Shown here: piece by piece, positions 43,806 to 64,000 of the stretch
Layout: the number at the start of each line of letters is the position of its first letter
Numbering within the stretch: the first letter of the stretch is position 1
NCBI RefSeq assembly: GCF_009914755.1
Contig: NC_060947.1
Length of the DNA stretch: 64,000 bases
Origin: the human T2T-CHM13v2.0 reference genome, Homo sapiens
Direction: 5' to 3' (one strand)
The notes under the pieces: model-generated
What the model saw: only the letters and a program-made list of their open reading frames with translations
Database searches by the model: none
What the model was told of the DNA's origin: nothing
Made by a program: the position numbers and the translations under genes

Positions 43806-46800
43806 AGTTACTGACTAATTTGGAACCCCACTGATCCTACAAACTGCCGGAAGTTTGCCTCTGCCCTGGGTTTCAAATAGCGGCCTCCTACTTAACCTGA
43901 GAAGTGTAGAAGGTTGAAAACTTGGGCTACAGCAGCCCGAAGCCTGTCCATCCTCCCCCCAGCCCCCGGCTGTTGTTGCTCAGGGCAAAGGCTCTCTATT
44001 CACACATTTTTTCACAGCAGAACAACCTCCCAAGCAACTTCCAAGCAATAAGAGTCTGGAGACAGGCATTCTCTAGAGATGGCTCTGGTCTTTGCTTGCT
44101 AGGTGCCATTGGGAAAATTGTCTCAGTATCCCATCAGTCAAATTGAACAAATAACATTGGTTCCCCAGAAATAATACTAGTTTTATTTCTACTTTGCTCA
44201 GAAATCACATCAAACAAGCATCCTCCCTGCAGGGGCAACCCTGCAAAAGCTGGCCAAGTTTTTATGTTGGTGGAGGTGGGTTCTGTGGACAGCTTGTTTC
44301 TTCACATTGCTAGTAGCTATGTGGTGCTCCTCAGGCATTCTTTAGCTGAGATTTTTCATGTGATTATTTTGGCTTCCAGGCTACTCTTTACTCCATCCCA
44401 AGCCACGGGCATCTCCCCCTCACAAATACACCCCATGGCCTGCCCCTATCCATCCTCCCATTGTTCCTTGAACCTTCAGGAAAGGCAGAAGATCACCCTC
44501 CACTCTCTACCCCTGTCTGCCAGCTCAAAGTATGTGACATCTCTGGCCCTCAGCCCTCGGTTCTCTTGGCCAGAAAGGCATAGTCTAGCCAATCGGCATG
44601 AAGTTGGGTGTGGAAAGTTCTAGCCACAGTACATAGGACATAATATACTGCCTGCCTGCCAGCCAGCCAGTCTTCTATGCCAGGGCTAGGAAAGCTGCCT
44701 TCCAAAATTTGGTCTGGGAAGACATTATCCTGGGAATGAGAAGCAAAGCCTCAGCTCTAGAAGCCCAAATAATAGCAGATGACCCCAGGCTTTCACTGGT
44801 ACTGCGCTTTCTCTCTTCCCCTTTATGTTCTTCTCTGTGCTCAGGGAGAAGTTGGCCACTAGATTGGGCACTTGATCCCTTATCTAGTTTTTCCTGGGAG
44901 AAATTCACTGGACTTCTCTGAGTTTTAGAGTTCAGTCTACACAATGAAGCAAGGAGAACCCACTTGATCTGTGGCCTTCAATAATCTGATACTATGGGAT
45001 CATAGAGCAGAGAGTGGAGGTAATATTCAAGTGTTTTCGAGTTATTTGCAAGAAAGCTGCACAGTCAAACCAAGCCATGATCAAGGGGGCCCAGATTCTC
45101 TGAGGTACCATCAGAATTGCATGAAGCAAACTGTTTACGAGTTTTATACAATCCTGCATTGTTCCCACAGGCACCCAGTACAGGCAGCAGGCTGCCACCA
45201 AGAAGGCTGGCAGTGCCCTCTTGAGGAATCCCTTGGCAGTGCCAGGAGCCTAGCTGGACTCAAGAATATTTTGCCAAGGGCACCCAGCAGAACCAATGGA
45301 AGCAGAATCACAGAAATAGGTGGGGGTATGTAGATAAAAATGGGCTCTGGAGGACCTGGGAAGATACCCTATGAGGTCTGTAGGGAGCCCTCAGGAAAGG
45401 TCTGCTGACGAGGTACTGAGGCAGAGTGTCGGGATGTACAGAGCAATGAGAACACACTAGATTCTAGGGAGTTGGGAACCTTAAGGCACTGGGATGAGTG
45501 AGACACGGTCACCTGGCTGGGTCCCTTTTCTGGCCCTGGGCATAAGAACAAGCATAAGAACAAGGCGAAGACAGGGAATGTGGAGAGAGAAAAAGGAAAC
45601 AGAGACAGACACATAGAGAGAAACAGAGACAGAGACAGGTAACAGAGACAAAGAGATTGAGACTTGGGGAGAGGATAGAATGAATATTAAGGCAATGGAG
45701 ATGGAAGAAAGGAGAAGAGAAATGTGTGTTAAGGGAATGTGGTTGATAAATTGGTATCTGTGGGTTTATTGGGAACACATATTTTCTTTCCAGTAGAGTT
45801 GCTGTCCCCAGAGCTGCTGCTGAGAACTCAGGGGAAGCTTTGTGAGAGGGCTCAGTCTGAGTGATGTCCCCTGTGTGGAGAGCTGTCTCATCTATTCGAG
45901 CTGTGAAGGATCATTTGCCTCATCCTCTAAATCTGAACTCCCAAAGTTTGGGCTCACTCCTGCCATCTGATGAGCTGAGGAGACACATTTGGCGATTTCT
46001 TGCTCTTGGTCCTCCCCCTTCTCCAGGGCCATTCCGACAGTGACCATCCAGAAGTTTATTGCTGGCTCAATCCTACAGTTGAGCTTCCAAAGCAGGCATA
46101 ATCTGTGGCTGGCGAGCAGGGCTGGGGAGGGCGAGGGGCTCTAGGACCCTTTTCCATCAGTCACATGGCCTTAGTCTCGTCTGCTCTGGAAAGCTACTAT
46201 TATACCGTTTTGCAAGGGGCAGCATTTCCAGAGATCCTTTTTTCTTGGGGCTGATACAAGAGCAAAGGATCTAGAGTTCTAGTACTCTAAGCAAGCCTCA
46301 AACGGTGCAGGATTTGGCCCCAGTGGGCCCACAGGGGCATCTGCCAAAGACTCGTCCATTTCCTAACAGCAGAGCCCAAGCCAGTAACATGTCCAAAGTC
46401 ACAGCCCAAAGAGAAAACTGTAAGACACAATCTTGCCTTTCTCCCACCCCAGGAAGGTACTAGTCTCTGCTCAGTATCTCCCTCCTCTTCTCTCCTCTCC
46501 CAAGGCAAAATCACAGGAAAAGTTCCAGGAGACCATACCTTCCTTCTCTGGAGTCTTCCAACAGGTGCCCCTCTTATTATATGCCAGCCAGTTGTTTTAA
46601 AGGCCATCCATGGGAGGACACCGGCCTCTAGGTCAAGGGAGCTGTGAAGGGAGACAGGACTGACAAGGAGCCCAGACAGACACTGTTTAAGATTCACCTG
46701 TTCTAGAAAACCTTCCCAGGCTGATCCCATCTAGCAGTGGGCATTTAAATACCTTCACAGTCTTTAGAAATAGCTTATTGCTAAGGCAGGTTTTATATAG

Positions 46801-47459
46801 TATTTCCCTGTTTTTGCTGCTTAGCCATTTTTGTCTTACCGCTTCTTTCTCTGTGGCAAGGACTATATTTCGTTTCTTCTCTCCACCCTCACTGCCACCT
46901 GCTGCTTCACTCTAACCCACTCCCTGCCTCTTGTCTGCCTGGCTTAAGCTCTCTGATGAAGATATTACACTCTCAGGATAGAATACTGACTACCTGATTC
47001 CCAGATCGTGTTCTTGACTTGTCTCGAAGTCGATTATCCTTCTTGGAAATCACCCACATCTTCAACGCTGGCCTTTTCTTTAACCTAGTCTGTGAACTTG
47101 CATAGGTCTTGCCCACTTCTGGGTCTTTATTATTGTAGCTATAAAATTATTACAATTCTAGCCTCCCCCAGCCTAATCACAATCTGTTCATCGAATTGAC
47201 AGCCTGCATTTTGTCTTCATGCAGTTGAAACTGAGAAGGATTTGGAGGAAATTATCTTAAAAGACAATTTTTTCTTCTCTATTGTGTTCGTAGAGCTGGG
47301 GGTGGGGGTGGGGGAGGAACGCTTATTTTCCAAGGAATCGGGAGGGGAAAGGTGGAGAGGGCCAAGGGCAGCTAGGAGTGATGTGGGGAGCTGGAGCAGA
47401 TTCGGAAGGACTTTGGGAGCTAATATCTAGGTTTTTGACTCTGAGCCCCTGTTGGGGCT

Positions 47460-47953
47460 CTCACTTCATGGCTTCTCACGCTTGTGCTGCATATCCCACA
47501 CCAATTAGACCCAAGGATCAGTTGGAAGTTTCCAGGACATCTTCATTTTATTTCCACCCTCAATCCACATTTCCAGATGTCTCTGCAGCAAAGCGAAATT
47601 CCAGGCAAGCCTTAGGGAAAAAAGGAAAAACAAAGAAAATGAAACAATTGGCAGTGAAAGGCAGAAAGAGAAGATGGAGCCCTTAGAGAAGGGAGTATCC
47701 CTGAGTAGGTGGGGAAAAGGGGAGGAGAAGGGGAGGAGGAGAGGAGGAGGAAAGCAGGCCTGTCCCTTTAAGGGGGTTGGCTGTCAATCAGAAAGCCCTT
47801 TTCATTGCAGGAGAAGAGGACAAAGATACTCAGAGAGAAAAAGTAAAAGACCGAAGAAGGAGGCTGGAGAGACCAGGATCCTTCCAGCTGAACAAAGTCA
47901 GCCACAAAGCAGACTAGCCAGCCGGCTACAATTGGAGTCAGAGTCCCAAAGAC
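47460..47953 (+). promoter_or_regulatory. PLP1 proximal promoter and 5'UTR (CpG-poor, purine-rich)
   Basis: Directly upstream of the ATG. Contains several SOX-type ACAAAG/ACAAT motifs, a YY1-like AAGATGG (47671), a TATA-like TTTAAG in the near-palindrome CCCTTTAAGGG (~47764-47774) and CTGTCAATCA (47781-47790). Confidence 0.85.
47513..47544 (+). promoter_or_regulatory. MYT1-binding element of the PLP promoter
   Basis: AAGGATCAGTTGGAAGTTTCCAGGACATCTTC contains the AAGTTT core; recognised from memory as the classical PLP promoter site bound by MyT1. Confidence 0.7.
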
Positions 47954-61564
<13,611 letters not shown>

Positions 61565-62753
61565 TCCCCCGTAGAAATCCCCCTTTCTCTAATAGCGAGG
61601 CTCTAACCACACAGCCTACAATGCTGCGTCTCCCATCTTAACTCTTTGCCTTTGCCACCAACTGGCCCTCTTCTTACTTGATGAGTGTAACAAGAAAGGA
61701 GAGTCTTGCAGTGATTAAGGTCTCTCTTTGGACTCTCCCCTCTTATGTACCTCTTTTAGTCATTTTGCTTCATAGCTGGTTCCTGCTAGAAATGGGAAAT
61801 GCCTAAGAAGATGACTTCCCAACTGCAAGTCACAAAGGAATGGAGGCTCTAATTGAATTTTCAAGCATCTCCTGAGGATCAGAAAGTAATTTCTTCTCAA
61901 AGGGTACTTCCACTGATGGAAACAAAGTGGAAGGAAAGATGCTCAGGTACAGAGAAGGAATGTCTTTGGTCCTCTTGCCATCTATAGGGGCCAAATATAT
62001 TCTCTTTGGTGTACAAAATGGAATTCATTCTGGTCTCTCTATTACCACTGAAGATAGAAGAAAAAAGAATGTCAGAAAAACAATAAGAGCGTTTGCCCAA
62101 ATCTGCCTATTGCAGCTGGGAGAAGGGGGTCAAAGCAAGGATCTTTCACCCACAGAAAGAGAGCACTGACCCCGATGGCGATGGACTACTGAAGCCCTAA
62201 CTCAGCCAACCTTACTTACAGCATAAGGGAGCGTAGAATCTGTGTAGACGAAGGGGGCATCTGGCCTTACACCTCGTTAGGGAAGAGAAACAGGGTGTTG
62301 TCAGCATCTTCTCACTCCCTTCTCCTTGATAACAGCTACCATGACAACCCTGTGGTTTCCAAGGAGCTGAGAATAGAAGGAAACTAGCTTACATGAGAAC
62401 AGACTGGCCTGAGGAGCAGCAGTTGCTGGTGGCTAATGGTGTAACCTGAGATGGCCCTCTGGTAGACACAGGATAGATAACTCTTTGGATAGCATGTCTT
62501 TTTTTCTGTTAATTAGTTGTGTACTCTGGCCTCTGTCATATCTTCACAATGGTGCTCATTTCATGGGGTATTATCCATTCAGTCATCGTAGGTGATTTGA
62601 AGGTCTTGATTTGTTTTAGAATGATGCACATTTCATGTATTCCAGTTTGTTTATTACTTATTTGGGGTTGCATCAGAAATGTCTGGAGAATAATTCTTTG
62701 ATTATGACTGTTTTTTAAACTAGGAAAATTGGACATTAAGCATCACAAATGAT

Positions 62754-62759
62754 ATTAAA
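62754..62759 (+). terminator. Probable proximal poly(A) signal ATTAAA
   Basis: Variant hexamer in the 3'UTR; it would give about 2.2 kb plus tail, fitting the known multiple PLP mRNA size classes. Confidence 0.5.
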
Positions 62760-63548
62760 AATTGGCTAGTTGAATCTATTGGGATTTTCTACAAGTATTC
62801 TGCCTTTGCAGAAACAGATTTGGTGAATTTGAATCTCAATTTGAGTAATCTGATCGTTCTTTCTAGCTAATGGAAAATGATTTTACTTAGCAATGTTATC
62901 TTGGTGTGTTAAGAGTTAGGTTTAACATAAAGGTTATTTTCTCCTGATATAGATCACATAACAGAATGCACCAGTCATCAGCTATTCAGTTGGTAAGCTT
63001 CCAGGAAAAAGGACAGGCAGAAAGAGTTTGAGACCTGAATAGCTCCCAGATTTCAGTCTTTTCCTGTTTTTGTTAACTTTGGGTTAAAAAAAAAAAAAGT
63101 CTGATTGGTTTTAATTGAAGGAAAGATTTGTACTACAGTTCTTTTGTTGTAAAGAGTTGTGTTGTTCTTTTCCCCCAAAGTGGTTTCAGCAATATTTAAG
63201 GAGATGTAAGAGCTTTACAAAAAGACACTTGATACTTGTTTTCAAACCAGTATACAAGATAAGCTTCCAGGCTGCATAGAAGGAGGAGAGGGAAAATGTT
63301 TTGTAAGAAACCAATCAAGATAAAGGACAGTGAAGTAATCCGTACCTTGTGTTTTGTTTTGATTTAATAACATAACAAATAACCAACCCTTCCCTGAAAA
63401 CCTCACATGCATACATACACATATATACACACACAAAGAGAGTTAATCAACTGAAAGTGTTTCCTTCATTTCTGATATAGAATTGCAATTTTAACACACA
63501 TAAAGGATAAACTTTTAGAAACTTATCTTACAAAGTGTATTTTATAAA

Positions 63549-63563
63549 ATTAAAGAAAATAAA
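63549..63563 (+). terminator. Distal polyadenylation signals ATTAAA (63549-63554) and AATAAA (63558-63563)
   Basis: Two adjacent hexamers followed by GT/T-rich downstream sequence (cgtgtcctttgagtgaattgtt). Confidence 0.85.
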
Positions 63564-64000
63564 ATTAAGAATGTTCTCAATCAAACATCGTGTCCTTTGA
63601 GTGAATTGTTCTATTTGACTTCACAATAGAAACTTAATAATCGTACCTTGTTCAAGGAGATCATTCATTTTTCAGCTCATCCAAGTCATTCTCATAACAT
63701 TTCTCTGAAATAAATAGTATATGAATAGATTACTTCTACTTTTATAGTTGAAGACACTAAGAAATAGAAGCAAAGTAATTTGCCCAAAGAAATCCAGTAA
63801 GTACATGTCTGAGCTTGTGTTAAAACGCAGATATTGAAACCAATTTATTGCCTACTTAAAGGTTTCTTTTCTCTTCGAAGTTGGGTTTCAGAATGTTCAG
63901 AGTCAACTATGGTTACTTTTTCAATACCTTAGTGGTGCCCCAGTCCCCGGTGCATTTAGATTTAAGTTATTGTTACCTTCTCTTTAAATTGTTTGGATAT

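Larger units (their letters stand above)
61565..63585 (+). other. PLP1: PLP1 3'UTR (about 2 kb, end approximate)
   Basis: Follows the stop codon with no recognisable interspersed repeat and ends after the ATTAAA/AATAAA pair at 63549-63563. Confidence 0.85.

Overview
Human (or closely related great-ape) genomic DNA containing the complete PLP1 (myelin proteolipid protein 1 / DM20) gene on the + strand. Seven coding exons run from ATG 47954 to TGA 61564 and encode 277 aa, with the internal exon-3 donor that gives DM20 and a 3'UTR ending near 63580. The ~44 kb upstream is intergenic and transposon-rich: about 27 Alus, a 6.15-kb HERV-H provirus on the minus strand (32122-38272, both LTR7-family LTRs, His PBS, 5-bp TSD), several solo LTRs, hAT MITEs and MIR/L2/L1 relics. 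The most notable non-standard signals are a zero-spacer inverted Alu palindrome inside an old L1, a retroposed Alu 3' end with a second poly(A) tail inside the HERV-H, and candidate in-frame extra exons in PLP1 introns 1 and 2. Also seen: the long-range intron-3 base-pairing element, recurring RFX X-boxes with an NFI/SOX cluster in intron 1, and an unidentified stop-poor reading frame near 2.2-2.9 kb. I found no evidence for a wholly new multi-gene system. Repeat family names are by recognition, not by a database search.
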